From the human T2T-CHM13v2.0 reference genome, Homo sapiens, in the NCBI RefSeq assembly GCF_009914755.1, contig NC_060933.1: a stretch of DNA of 64,000 bases. One strand, given 5' to 3'. This document shows positions 12,321-25,927 of this stretch, piece after piece. The notes beneath the pieces are model-generated. The model made no database searches, was not told the origin of the DNA, and saw nothing but the letters and a program-made list of their open reading frames with translations. Both the position numbers and the translations under genes were made by a program. Every line of letters begins with the position of its first letter. The stretch's first letter is position 1.

Positions 12321-15300
12321 CATTCTCAGAAACTTCCTTGTGATGTGTGTACTCAAGTAACAGAGTTGAACCTTCCTTTTGACAGAGCAGTTTTGAAGCA
12401 CTCTTTTTGTAGAATCTGCAAGTGGATATTTTGATACCTTTGAGGATTTCGTTGGACACGGGATATCTTCATATAAAATCTAGACAGAAGCATTCTCAGA
12501 AACTTCTTTGTGCTGTATGTCCTCAATTAACAGAGTTGAACCTTTGTGTGGATACAGCATTTTGGAAACATTCCTTTAGTAGAATCTGCAAGTTGATATT
12601 TAGATAGCTAGGAAGATTTCCTTGGAAACGGGAATATCTTCATATAAAATCTAGACGGAAGCATTCTCAGAAAGTGCTTTGTGATGTTTGCATTCAAGTC
12701 ACAGAGTTGAATATTCCCTTTTATAGAGCAGGTTTGAAACACTCTTTCTGCACTACCTGGAAGTGGACATTTGGAGCGCTTTGAGGCCTATGTTGAAAAA
12801 GGAAATATCTTCCCATAAAAACTAGACAGAAGCATTCTCAGAAACTTGTTTGTGATGTGTGTATTCAACTAACAGAGATGAACCTTTCTTTTTACAGAGC
12901 AGTTTTGAAACACTCTTTTTGTGGAATCTGAAAGTGGATATTTGGATAGCTTTGCGGATTTCGTTGGAAACGGGATTACATATAAAACCTAGAGAGAAGC
13001 ATTCTCAGGAACTTCTTTTTGATGTTTGCCTTCAAGTCACAGGACTGAACATTCCCTTTCATAGAGCAGGTTTGAAACACTCTTTCTGTAGTATCTGCAA
13101 GCTGACGTTTCAAGCGCTTTCAGGCCTATGGTGAGAAAGGAAATATCTTCAAGTAAAAACTAGACAGAAGCATTCTCAGAAACTTATTTGCCATGTGTGT
13201 TCTCAACTAACAGAGTTGAACCTTTGTTTTGATACGGCATTTTGGAAACACTCTTTTTGTAGTATCTGCAGGTGGATATTCGGATAGCTTTGAAGGTTTC
13301 GTTGGAAACGGGAATATCTTCATATAAAATCTAGACGGAAGCATTCTCAGAAACTGCTTTGTGATGTTTTCATTCAAGTCACAGAGTAGAATGTTCCCTG
13401 TTATATACCAGGTTTGAGACACTCTTTCTGCACTACCTGGAAGTGGACGTTTGGAGCGCTTTGAGGCCTATGTTGAAAAAGGAAATATCTTCCCATAAAA
13501 ACTAGACAGAAGCATTCTCAGAAACTTGTTTGTGATGTGTGTATTCAACTAACAGAGATGAACCTTTCTTTTTACAGAGCAGTTTTGAAACACTCTTTTT
13601 GTGGAATCTGAAAGTGGATATTTGGATAGCTTTGAGGATTTCGTTGGAAACGGGATTACATATAAAACCTAGAGAGAAGCATTCTCAGGAACTTCTTTGT
13701 GATGTTTGCATTCAAGTCACAGAACTGAACATTCCCTTTCATAGAGCAGGTTTGAAACACTCTTTCTGTAGTATCTGCAAGCTGACGTTTCAAGCGCTTT
13801 CAGGCCTATGGTGAGAAAGGAAATATCTTCAAGTAAAAACTAGACAGAAGCATTCTCAGAAACTTATTTGCGATGTGTGTTCTCAACTAACAGAGTTGAA
13901 CCTTTGTTTTGATATGGCATTTTGGAAACACTCTTTTTGTAGAATCTGCAGGTGGATATTCGGATAGCTTTGAAGGTTTTGTTGGAAACGGGAATATCTT
14001 CATATAAAATCTAGACGGAAGCATTCTCAGAAACTGCTTTGTGATGTTTTCATTCAAGTCACACAGTAGAATGTTCCCTGTTATATACCAGGTTTGAGAC
14101 ACTCTTTCTGCACTACCTGGAAGTGGACATTTGCAGCGCTTTGAGGCCTATGATGAAAAAGGAAATATCTTCCCATAAAAACTAGACAGAAGCATTCTCA
14201 GAAACTTGTTTTTGATGTGTGTATTCAACTAACAGAGATGAACCTTTCTTTTTACAGAGCAGTTTTGAAACACTCTTTTTGTGGAATCTGAAAGTGGATA
14301 TTTGGATAGCTTTGAGGATTTCGTTGGAAACGGGATTAAATATAAAATCTAGAGAGAAGCATTCTCAGGAACTTCTTTGTGATGTTTGCATTCACGTCAC
14401 AGAACTGAACATTCCCTTTCATAGAGCATGTTTGAAACACTCTTTCTGTAGTATCTGCAAACGGACATTTCAAACGCTTTCAGGCCTATGGTGAGAAAGG
14501 AAATATCTTCAAATAAAAACTAGACAGAAGCATTCTCAGAAACTTATTTGCGATGTGTGTCCTCAACTAACAGAGTTGAACCTTTCTTTTGATACAACAT
14601 TTTGGAAACACTCTTTTTGTAGAATCTGCAAGTGGATATTTGAATAGCTTTGAAGGTTTCGTTGGAAACGGGAATATCTTCATATAAAATCAAGACAGAA
14701 GCATTCTCAGAAACTTCTCTGTGATGTTTGCATTCAACTCATAGAGTTGAACACTTCCCTTCATACAGCAGGTTTGAAACACTCTTTTTGTAATATTTGG
14801 AAGTGGCCATTTGCAGCGCTTTGAGGCCTATGATGAAAAAGGTAATATCTTCCCATAAAAACTAGACAGAAGCATTCTCAGAAACTTGTTTGTGATGTGT
14901 GTATTCAACTAACAGAGATGAACCTTTCTTTTTACAGAGCAGTTTTGAAACACTCTTTTTGTGGAATCTGAAAGTGGATATTTGGATAGCTTTGCGGATT
15001 TCGTTGGAAACGGGATTACATATAAAACCTAGAGAGAAGCATTCTCAGGAACTTCTTTGCGATGTTTGCATTCAAGTCACAGAACTGAACATTCCCTTTC
15101 ATAGAGCAGGTTTGAAACATTCTTTCTGTAGTATCTGCAAGCTGACGTTTCAAGCGCTTTCAGGCCTATGGTGAGAAAGGAAATTTCTTCAAGTAAAAAC
15201 TAGACAGAAGCATTCTCAGAAACTTATTTGCGATGTGTGTTCTCAACTAACAGAGTTGAACCTTTGTTTTGATATGGCATTTTGGAAACACTCTTTTTGT

Positions 15301-16912
15301 AGAATCTGCAGGTGGATATTCGGATAGCTTTGAAGGTTTCGTTGGAAACGGGAATATCTTCATATAAAATCTAGACGGAAGCATTCTCAGAAACTGCTTT
15401 GTGATGTTTTCATTCAAGTCACAGAGTAGAATGTTCCCTGTTATATACCAGGTTTGAGACACTCTTTCTGCACTACATGGAAGTGGACGTTTGGAGTGCT
15501 TTGAGGCCTATGTTGAAAAAGGAAATATCATCCCATAAAAACTAGACAGAAGCATTCTCAGAAACTTGTTTGTGATGTGTGTATTCAACTAACAGAGATG
15601 AACCTTTCTTTTTACAGAGCAGTTTTGAAACACTCTTTTTGTGGAATCTGAAAGTGGATATTTGGATAGCTTTGAGGATTTCGTTGGAAACGGGATTACA
15701 TATAAAATCTAGAGAGAAGCATTCTCAGGAACTTCTTTGTGATGTTTGCATTCACGTCACAGAACTGAACATTCCCTTTCATAGAGCATGTTTGAAACAC
15801 TCTTTCTGTAGTATCTGCAAACGGACATTTCAAACGCTTTCAGGCCTATGGTGAGAAAGGAAATATCTTCAAATAAAAACTAGACAGAAGCATTCTCAGA
15901 AACTTATTTGCGATGTGTGTCCTCAACTATCAGAGTTGAACCTTTCTTTTGATACAACATTTTGGAACCACTCTTTTTGTAGAATCTGCAAGTGGATATT
16001 TGAATAGCTTTGAAGGTTTCGTTGGAAACGGGAATATCTTCATATAAAATCAAGACAGAAGCATTCTCAGAAACTTCTCTGTGATGTTTGCATTCAACTC
16101 ATAGAGTTGAACACTTCCCTTCATACAGCAGGTTTGAAACACTCTTTTTGTAATATTTGGAAGTGGACATTTGCAGCGCTTTGAGGCCTATGATGAAAAA
16201 GGAAATATCTTCCCATAAAAACTAGACAGAAGCATTCTCAGAAACTTGTTTGTGATGTGTGTATTCAACTAACAGAGATGAACCTTTCTTTTTACAGAGC
16301 AGTTTTGAAACACTCTTTTTGTGGAATCTGAAAGTGGATATTTGGATAGCTTTGCGGATTTCGTTGGAAACGGGATTACATATAAAATCTAGGGAGAAGC
16401 ATTCTCAGGAACTTCTTTGTGATGTTTGCATTCAAGTCACAGAACTGAACATTCCCTTTCATAGAGCAGGTTTGAAACACTCTTTCTGTAGTATGTGCAA
16501 GCGGACGTTTTAAGCGCTTTCAGGCCTGTGGTGAGAAAGGAAATATCTTCAAATAAAAACTAGACAGAAGCATTCTCAGAAACTTATTTGCGATGTGTGT
16601 CCTCAACTAACAGAGTTGAACCTTTCTTTTGATACAACATTTTGGAAACACTCTTTTTGTAGAATCTGCAAGTGGATATTTGGATAGCTTTGAAGGTTTC
16701 GTTGGAAACGGGAATATCTTCATATGAAATCAAGACAGAAGCATTCTCAGAAACTTCTCTGTGATGTTTGCATTCAACTCATAGAGTTGAACACTTCCCT
16801 TCATACAGCAGGTTTGAAACACTCTTTTTCTAATATTTGGAAGTGGACATTTGCAGCGCTTTGAGGCCTATGTTGAAAAAGGAAATATCTTCTCCTAAAA
16901 ACCAGACAGAAG
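12321..16912 (+). repeat. 27-mer HOR variant T-A1-A2-B-A2-B-C (4,592 bp)
   Basis: Six tetramers between trimers (pseudo-ORF starts 12859, 13539, 14219, 14899, 15579, 16259). Confidence 0.88.
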
Positions 16913-19900
16913 CATTCTCAGAAACTTCCTTGTGATGTGTGTACTCAAGTAACAGAGTTGAAACTTCTTTTGACAGAGCAGTTTTGAAGCACTCTTTTTG
17001 TAGAATCTGCAAGTGGATATTTTGATACCTTTGAGGATTTCGTTGGACACGGGATATCTTCATATAAAATCTAGACAGAAGCATTCTCAGAAACTTCTTT
17101 GTGCTGTATGTCCTCAATTAACAGAGTTGAACCTTTGTGTGGATACAGCATTTTGGAAACATTCCTTTAGTAGAATCTGCAAGTTGATATTTAGATAGCT
17201 AGGAAGATTTCCTTGGAAACGGGAATATCTTCATATAAAATCTAGACGGAAGCATTCTCAGAAAGTGCTTTGTGATGTTTGCATTCAAGTCACAGAGTTG
17301 AATATTCCCTTTTATAGAGCAGGTTTGAAACACTCTTTCTGCACTACCTGGAAGTGGACATTTGGAGCGCTTTGAGGCCTATGTTGAAAAAGGAAATATC
17401 TTCCCATAAAAACTAGACAGAAGCATTCTCAGAAACTTGTTTGTGATGTGTGTATTCAACTAACAGAGATGAACCTTTCTTTTTACAGAGCAGTTTTGAA
17501 ACACTCTTTTTGTGGAATCTGAAAGTGGATATTTGGATAGCTTTGAGGATTTCGTTGGAAACGGGATTACATATAAAACCTAGAGAGAAGCATTCTCAGG
17601 AACTTCTTTTTGATGTTTGCCTTCAAGTCACAGGACTGAACATTCCCTTTCATAGAGCATGTTTGAAACACTCTTTCTGTAGTATCTGCAAGCTGACGTT
17701 TCAAGCGCTTTCAGGCCTATGGTGAGAAAGGAAATATCTTCAAGTAAAAACTAGACAGAAGCATTCTCAGAAACATATTTGCCATGTGTGTTCTCAACTA
17801 ACAGAGTTGAACCTTTGTTTTGATATGGCATTTTGGAAACACTCTTTTTGTAGAATCTGCAGGTGGATATTCGGATAGCTTTGAAGGTTTCGTTGGAAAC
17901 GGGAATATCTTCATATAAAATCTAGACGGAAGCATTCTCAGAAACTGCTTTGTGATGTTTTCATTCAAGTCACAGAGTAGAATGTTCCCTGTTATATACC
18001 AGGTTTGAGACACTCTTTCTGCACTACCTGGAAGTGGACATTTGCAGCGCTTTGAGGCCTATGATGAAAAAGGAAATATCTTCCCATAAAAACTAGACAG
18101 AAGCATTCTCAGAAACTTGTTTTTGATGTGTGTATTCAACTAACAGAGATGAACCTTTCTTTTTACAGAGCAGTTTTGAAACACTCTTTTTGTGGAATCT
18201 GAAAGTGGATATTTGGATAGCTTTGAGGATTTCGTTGGAAACGGGATTACATATAAAATCTAGAGAGAAGCATTCTCAGGAACTTCTTTGTGATGTTTGC
18301 ATTCACGTCACAGAACTGAACATTCCCTTTCATAGAGCATGTTTGAAACACTCTTTCTGTAGTATCTGCAAACGGACATTTCAAACGCTTTCAGGCCTAT
18401 GGTGAGAAAGGAAATATCTTCACATAAAAACTAGACAGAAGCATTCTCAGAAACTTATTTGCGATGTGTGTCCTCAACTAACAGAGTTGAACCTTTCTTT
18501 TGATACAACATTTTGGAACCACTCTTTTTGTAGAATCTGCAAGTGGATATTTGAATAGCTTTGAAGGTTTCGTTGGAAACGGGAATATCTTCATATAAAA
18601 TCAAGACAGAAGCATTCTCAGAAACTTCTCTGTGATGTTTGCATTCAACTCAAAGAGTTGAACACTTCCCTTCATACAGCAGGTTTGAAACACTCTTTTT
18701 GTAATATTTGGAAGTGGACATTTGCAGCGCTTTGAGGCCTATGATGAAAAAGGTAATATCTTCCCATAAAAACTAGACAGAAGCATTCTCAGAAACTTGT
18801 TTGTGATGTGTGTATTCAACTAACAGAGATGAACCTTTCTTTTTACAGAGCAGTTTTGAAACACTCTTTTTGTGGAATCTGAAAGTGGATATTTGGATAG
18901 CTTTGCGGATTTCGTTGGAAACGGGATTACATATAAAACCTAGAGAGAAGCATTCTCAGGAACTTCTTTGCGATGTTTGCATTCAAGTCACAGAACTGAA
19001 CATTCCCTTTCATAGAGCAGGTTTGAAACACTCTTTCTGTAGTATCTGCAAGCTGACGTTTCAAGCGCTTTCAGGCCTATGGTGAGAAAGGAAATTTCTG
19101 CAAGGAAAAACTAGACAGAAGCATTCTCAGAAACTTATTTGCGATGTGTGTTCTCAACTAACAGAGTTGAACCTTTGTTTTGATATGGCATTTTGGAAAC
19201 ACTCTTTTTGTAGAATCTGCAGGTGGATATTCGGATAGCTTTGAAGGTTTCGTTGGAAACGGGAATATCTTCATATAAAATCTAGACGGAAGCATTCTCA
19301 GAAACTGCTTTGTGATGTTTTCATTCAAGTCACAGAGTAGAATGTTCCCTGTTATATACCAGGTTTGAGACACTCTTTCTGCACTACCTGGAAGTGGACG
19401 TTTGGAGCGCTTTGAGGCCTATGTTGAAAAAGGAAATATCTTCCCATAAAAACTAGACAGAAGCATTCTCAGAAACTTGTTTTTGATGTGTGTATTCAAC
19501 TAACAGAGATGAACCTTTCTTTTTACAGAGCAGTTTTGAAACACTCTTTTTGTGGAATCTGAAAGTGGATATTTGGATAGCTTTGAGGATTTCGTTGGAA
19601 ACGGGATTACATATAAAATCTAGAGAGAAGCATTCTCAGGAACTTCTTTGTGATGTTTGCATTCACGTCACAGAACTGAACATTCCCTTTCATAGAGCAT
19701 GTTTGAAACACTCTTTCTGTAGTATCTGCAAACGGACATTTCAAACGCTTTCAGGCCTATGGTGAGAAAGGAAATATCTTCAAATAAAAACTAGACAGAA
19801 GCATTCTCAGAAACTTATTTGCGATGTGTGTCCTCAACTATCAGAGTTGAACCTTTCTTTTGATACAACATTTTGGAACCACTCTTTTTGTAGAATCTGC

Positions 19901-22695
19901 AAGTGGATATTTGAATAGCTTTGAAGGTTTCGTTGGAAACGGGAATATCTTCATATAAAATCAAGACAGAAGCATTCTCAGAAACTTCTCTGTGATGTTT
20001 GCATTCAACTCATAGAGTTGAACACTTCCCTTCATACAGCAGGTTTGAAACACTCTTTTTGTAATATTTGGAAGTGGACATTTGCAGCGCTTTGAGGCCT
20101 ATGATGAAAAAGGAAATATCTTCCCATAAAAACTAGACAGAAGCATTCTCAGAAACTTGTTTGTGATGTGTGTATTCAACTAACAGAGATGAACCTTTCT
20201 TTTTACAGAGCAGTTTTGAAACACTCTTTTTGTGGAATCTGAAAGTGGATATTTGGATAGCTTTGCGGATTTCGTTGGAAACGGGATTACATATAAAATC
20301 TAGGGAGAAGCATTCTCAGGAACTTCTTTGTGATGTTTGCATTCAAGTCACAGAACTGAACATTCCCTTTCATAGAGCAGGTTTGAAACACTCTTTCTGT
20401 AGTATCTGCAAGCGGACGTTTTAAGCGCTTTCAGGCCTGTGGTGAGAAAGGAAATATCTTCAAATAAAAACTAGACAGAAGCATTCTCAGAAACTTATTT
20501 GCGATGTGTGTCCTCAACTAACAGAGTTGAACCTTTCTTTTGATACAACATTTTGGAAACACTCTTTTTGTAGAATCTGCAAGTGGATATTTGGATAGCT
20601 TTGAAGGTTTCGTTGGAAACGGGAATATCTTCATATGAAATCAAGACAGAAGCATTCTCAGAAACTTCTCTGTGATGTTTGCATTCAACTCATAGAGTTG
20701 AACACTTCCCTTCATACAGCAGGTTTGAAACACTCTTTTTCTAATATTTGGAAGTGGACATTTGCAGCGCTTTGAGGCCTATGTTGAAAAAGGAAATATC
20801 TTCTCCTAAAAACCAGACAGAAGCATTCTCAGAAACTTCCTTGTGATGTGTGTACTCAAGTAACAGAGTTGAACCTTCCTTTTGACAGAGCAGTTTTGAA
20901 GCACTCTTTTTGTAGAATCTGCAAGTGGATATTTTGATACCTTTGAGGATTTCGTTGGACACGGGATATCTTCATATAAAATCTAGACAGAAGCATTCTC
21001 AGAAACTTCTTTGTGCTGTATGTCCTCAATTAACAGAGTTGAACCTTTGTGTGGATACAGCATTTTGGAAACATTCCTTTAGTAGAATCTGCAAGTTGAT
21101 ATTTAGATAGCTAGGAAGATTTCCTTGGAAACGGGAATATCTTCATATAAAACCTAGACGGAAGCATTCTCAGAAAGTGCTTTGTGATGTTTGCATTCAA
21201 GTCACAGAGTTGAATATTCCCTTTTATAGAGCAGGTTTGAAACACTCTTTCTGCACTACCTGGAAGTGGACATTTGGAGCGCTTTGAGGCCTATGTTGAA
21301 AAAGGAAATATCTTCCCATAAAAACTAGACAGAAGCATTCTCAGAAACTTGTTTGTGATGTGTGTATTCAACTAACAGAGATGAACCTTTCTTTTTACAG
21401 AGCAGTTTTGAAACACTCTTTTTGTGGAATCTGAAAGTGGATATTTGGATAGCTTTGAGGATTTCGTTGGAAACGGGATTACATATAAAACCTAGAGAGA
21501 AGCATTCTCAGGAACTTCTTTGTGATGTTTGCCTTCAAGTCACAGGACTGAACATTCCCTTTCATAGAGCAGGTTTGAAACACTCTTTCTGTAGTATCTG
21601 CAAGCTGACGTTTCAAGCGCTTTCAGGCCTATGGTGAGAAAGGAAATATCTTCAAGTAAAAACTAGACAGAAGCATTCTCAGAAACTTATTTGAGATGTG
21701 TGTTCTCAACTAACAGAGTTGAACCTTTGTTTTGATATGGCATTTTGGAAACACTCTTTTTGTAGAATCTGCAGGTGGATATTCGGATAGCTTTGAAGGT
21801 TTCGTTGGAAACGGGAATATCTTCATATAAAATCTAGACGGAAGCATTCTCAGAAACTGCTTTGTGATGTTTTCATTCAAGTCACAGAGTAGAATGTTCC
21901 CTGTTATATACCAGGTTAGAGACACTCTTTCTGCACTACCTGGAAGTGGACATTTGCAGCGCTTTGAGGCCTATGATGAAAAAGGAAATATCTTTCCATA
22001 AAAACTAGACAGAAGCATTCTCAGAAACTTGTTTGTGATGTGTGTATTCAACTAACAGAGATGAACCTTTCTTTTTACAGAGCAGTTTTGAAACACTCTT
22101 TTTGTGGAATCTGAAAGTGGATATTTGGATAGCTTTGAGGATTTCGTTGGAAACGGGATTACATATAAAATCTAGAGAGAAGCATTCTCAGGAACTTCTT
22201 TGTGATGTTTGCATTCACGTCACAGAACTGAACATTCCCTTTCATAGAGCATGTTTGAAACACTCTTTCTGTAGTATCTGCAAGCGGACGTTTTAAGCGC
22301 TTTCAGGCCTGTGGTGAGAAAGGAAATATCTTCAAATAAAAACTAGACAGAAGCATTCTCAGAAACTTATTTGCGATGTGTGTCCTCAACTAACAGAGTT
22401 GAACCTTTCTTTTGATACAACATTTTGGAAACACTCTTTTTGTAGAATCTGCAAGTGGATATTTGGATAGCTTTGAAGGTTTCGTTGGAAACGGGAATAT
22501 CTTCATATGAAATCAAGACAGAAGCATTCTCAGAAACTTCTCTGTGATGTTTGCATTCAACTCATAGAGTTGAACACTTCCCTTCATACAGCAGGTTTGA
22601 AACACTCTTTTTCTAATATTTGGAAGTGGACATTTGCAGCGCTTTGAGGCCTATGTTGAAAAAGGAAATATCTTCTCCTAAAAACCAGACAGAAG

Positions 22696-25600
22696 CATTC
22701 TCAGAAACTTCCTTGTGATGTGTGTACTCAAGTAACAGAGTTGAACCTTCCTTTTGACAGAGCAGTTTTGAAGCACTCTTTTTGTAGAATCTGCAAGTGG
22801 ATATTTTGATACCTTTGAGGATTTCGTTGGACACGGGATATCGTCATATAAAATCTAGACAGAAGCATTCTCAGAAACTTCTTTGTTCTGTATGTCCTCA
22901 ATTAACAGAGTTGAACCTTTGTGTGGATACAGGATTTTGGAAACATTCCTTTAGTAGAATCTGCAAGTTGATATTTAGATAGCTAGGAAGATTTCCTTGG
23001 AAACGGGAATATCTTCATATAAAATCTAGACGGAAGCATTCTCAGAAAGTGCTTTGTGATGTTTGCATTCAAGTCAGAGAGTTGAATATTCCCTTTTATA
23101 GAGCAGGTTTGAAACACTCTTTTTGCACTACCTGGAAGTGGACATTTGGAGCGCTTTGAGGCCTATGTTGAAAAAGGAAATATCTTCCCATAAAAACTAG
23201 ACAGAAGCATTCTCAGAAACTTGTTTGTGATGTGTGTATTCAACTAACAGAGATGAACCTTTCTTTTTACAGAGCAGTTTTGAAACACTCTTTTTGTGGA
23301 ATCTGAAAGTGGATATTTGGATAGCTTTGAGGATTTCGTTGGAAACGGGATTACATATAAAACCTAGAGAGAAGCATTCTCAGGAACTTCTTTGTGATGT
23401 TTGCCTTCAAGTCACAGGACTGAACATTCCCTTTCATAGAGCAGGTTTGAAACACTCCTTCTGTAGTATCTGCAAGCTGACGTTTCAAGCGCTTTCAGGC
23501 CTATGGTGACAAAGGAAATATCTTCAAGTAAAAACTAGACAGAAGCATTCTCAGAAACTTATTTGCCATGTGTGTTCTCAACTAACAGAGTTGAACCTTT
23601 GTTTTGATACGGCATTTTGGAAACACTCTTTTTGTAGAATCTGCAGGTGGATATTCGGATAGCTTTGAAGGTTTCGTTGGAAACGGGAATATTTTCATAT
23701 AAAATCTAGACGGAAGCATTCTCAGAAACTGCTTTGTGATGTTTGCATTCAAGTCACAGAGTAGAATGTTCCCTGTTATATACCAGGTTTGAGACACTCT
23801 TTCTGCACTACCTGGAAGTGGACGTTTGGAGCGCTTTGAGGCCTATGTTGAAAAAGGAAATATCTTCCCATAAAAACTAGACAGAAGCATTCTCAGAAAC
23901 TTGTTTGTGATGTGTGTATTCAACTAACAGAGATGAACCTTTCTTTTTACAGAGCAGTTTTGAAACACTCTTTTTGTGGAATCTGAAAGTGGATATTTGG
24001 ATAGCTTTGAGGATTTCGTTGGAAACGGGATTACATATAAAACCTAGAGAGAAGCATTCTCAGGAACTTCTTTGTGATGTTTGCATTCAAGTCACAGAAC
24101 TGAACATTCCCTTTCATAGAGCAGGTTTGAAACACTCTTTCTGTAGTATCTGCAAGCTGACGTTTCAAGCGCTTTCAGGCCTATGGTGAGAAAGGAAATA
24201 TCTTCAAGTAAAAACTAGACAGAAGCATTCTCAGAAACTTATTTGCGATGTGTGTTCTCAACTAACAGAGTTGAACCTTTGTTTTGATATGGCATTTTGG
24301 AAACACTCTTTTTGTAGAATCTGCAGGTGGATATTCGGATAGCTTTGAAGGTTTCGTTGGAAACGGGAATATCTTCATATAAAATCTAGACGGAAGCATT
24401 CTCAGAAACTGCTTTGTGATGTTTTCATTCAAGTCACAGAGTAGAATGTTCCCTGTTATATACCAGGTTTGAGACACTCTTTCTGCACTACCTGGAAGTG
24501 GACATTTGCAGCGCTTTGAGGCCTATGATGAAAAAGGAAATATCTTCCCATAAAAACTAGACAGAAGCATTCTCAGAAACTTGTTTGTGATGTGTGTATT
24601 CAACTAACAGAGATGAACCTTTCTTTTTACAGAGCAGTTTTGAAACACTCTTTTTGTGGAATCTGAAAGTGGATATTTGGATAGCTTTGAGGATTTCGTT
24701 GGAAACGGGATTACATATAAAATCTAGAGAGAAGCATTCTCAGGAACTTCTTTGTGATGTTTGCATTCACGTCACAGAACTGAACATTCCCTTTCATAGA
24801 GCATGTTTGAAACACTCTTTCTGTAGTATCTGCAAACGGACATTTCAAACGCTTTCAGGCCTATGGTGAGAAAGGAAATATCTTCAAATAAAAACTAGAC
24901 AGAAGCATTCTCAGAAACTTATTTGCGATGTGTGTCCTCAACTATCAGAGTTGAACCTTTCTTTTGATACAACATTTTGGAACCACTCTTTTTGTAGAAT
25001 CTGCAAGTGGATATTTGAATAGCTTTGAAGGTTTCGTTGGAAACGGGAATATCTTCATATAAAATCAAGACAGAAGCATTCTCAGAAACTTCTCTGTGAT
25101 GTTTGCATTCAACTCATAGAGTTGAACACTTCCCTTCATACAGCAGGTTTGAAACACTCTTTTTGTAATATTTGGAAGTGGACATTTGCAGCGCTTTGAG
25201 GCCTATGATGAAAAAGGAAATATCTTCCCATAAAAACTAGACAGAAGCATTCTCAGAAACTTGTTTGTGATGTGTGTATTCAACTAACAGAGATGAACCT
25301 TTCTTTTTACAGAGCAGTTTTGAAACACTCTTTTTGTGGAATCTGAAAGTGGATATTTGGATAGCTTTGCGGATTTCGTTGGAAACGGGATTACATATAA
25401 AATCTAGGGAGAAGCATTCTCAGGAACTTCTTTGTGATGTTTGCATTCAAGTCACAGAACTGAACATTCCCTTTCATAGAGCAGGTTTGAAACACTCTTT
25501 CTGTAGTATCTGCAAGCGGACGTTTTAAGCGCTTTCAGGCCTGTGGTGAGAAAGGAAATATCTTCAAATAAAAACTAGACAGAAGCATTCTCAGAAACTT

Positions 25601-25927
25601 ATTTGCGATGTGTGTCCTCAACTAACAGAGTTGAACCTTTCTTTTGATACAACATTTTGGAAACACTCTTTTTGTAGAATCTGCAAGTGGATATTTGGAT
25701 AGCTTTGAAGGTTTCGTTGGAAACGGGAATATCTTCATATGAAATCAAGACAGAAGCATTCTCAGAAACTTCTCTGTGATGTTTGCATTCAACTCATAGA
25801 GTTGAACACTTCCCTTCATACAGCAGGTTTGAAACACTCTTTTTCTAATATTTGGAAGTGGACATTTGCAGCGCTTTGAGGCCTATGTTGAAAAAGGAAA
25901 TATCTTCTCCTAAAAACCAGACAGAAG
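22696..25927 (+). repeat. Full-length 19-mer HOR (T-A1-A2-B-C, 3,232 bp), probably chromosome 4 D4Z1/S2C4H1L canonical unit
   Basis: Seen: trimer starts at 22696 and 25928, and 512+4x680=3,232 bp with four distinguishable tetramers. Known: D4Z1 is an SF2 19-mer of ~3.2 kb. The chromosome assignment is inferred, since SF2 arrays on chr9, 8, 15 and 13/21 also have 7/11/15-mers. Confidence 0.75.
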
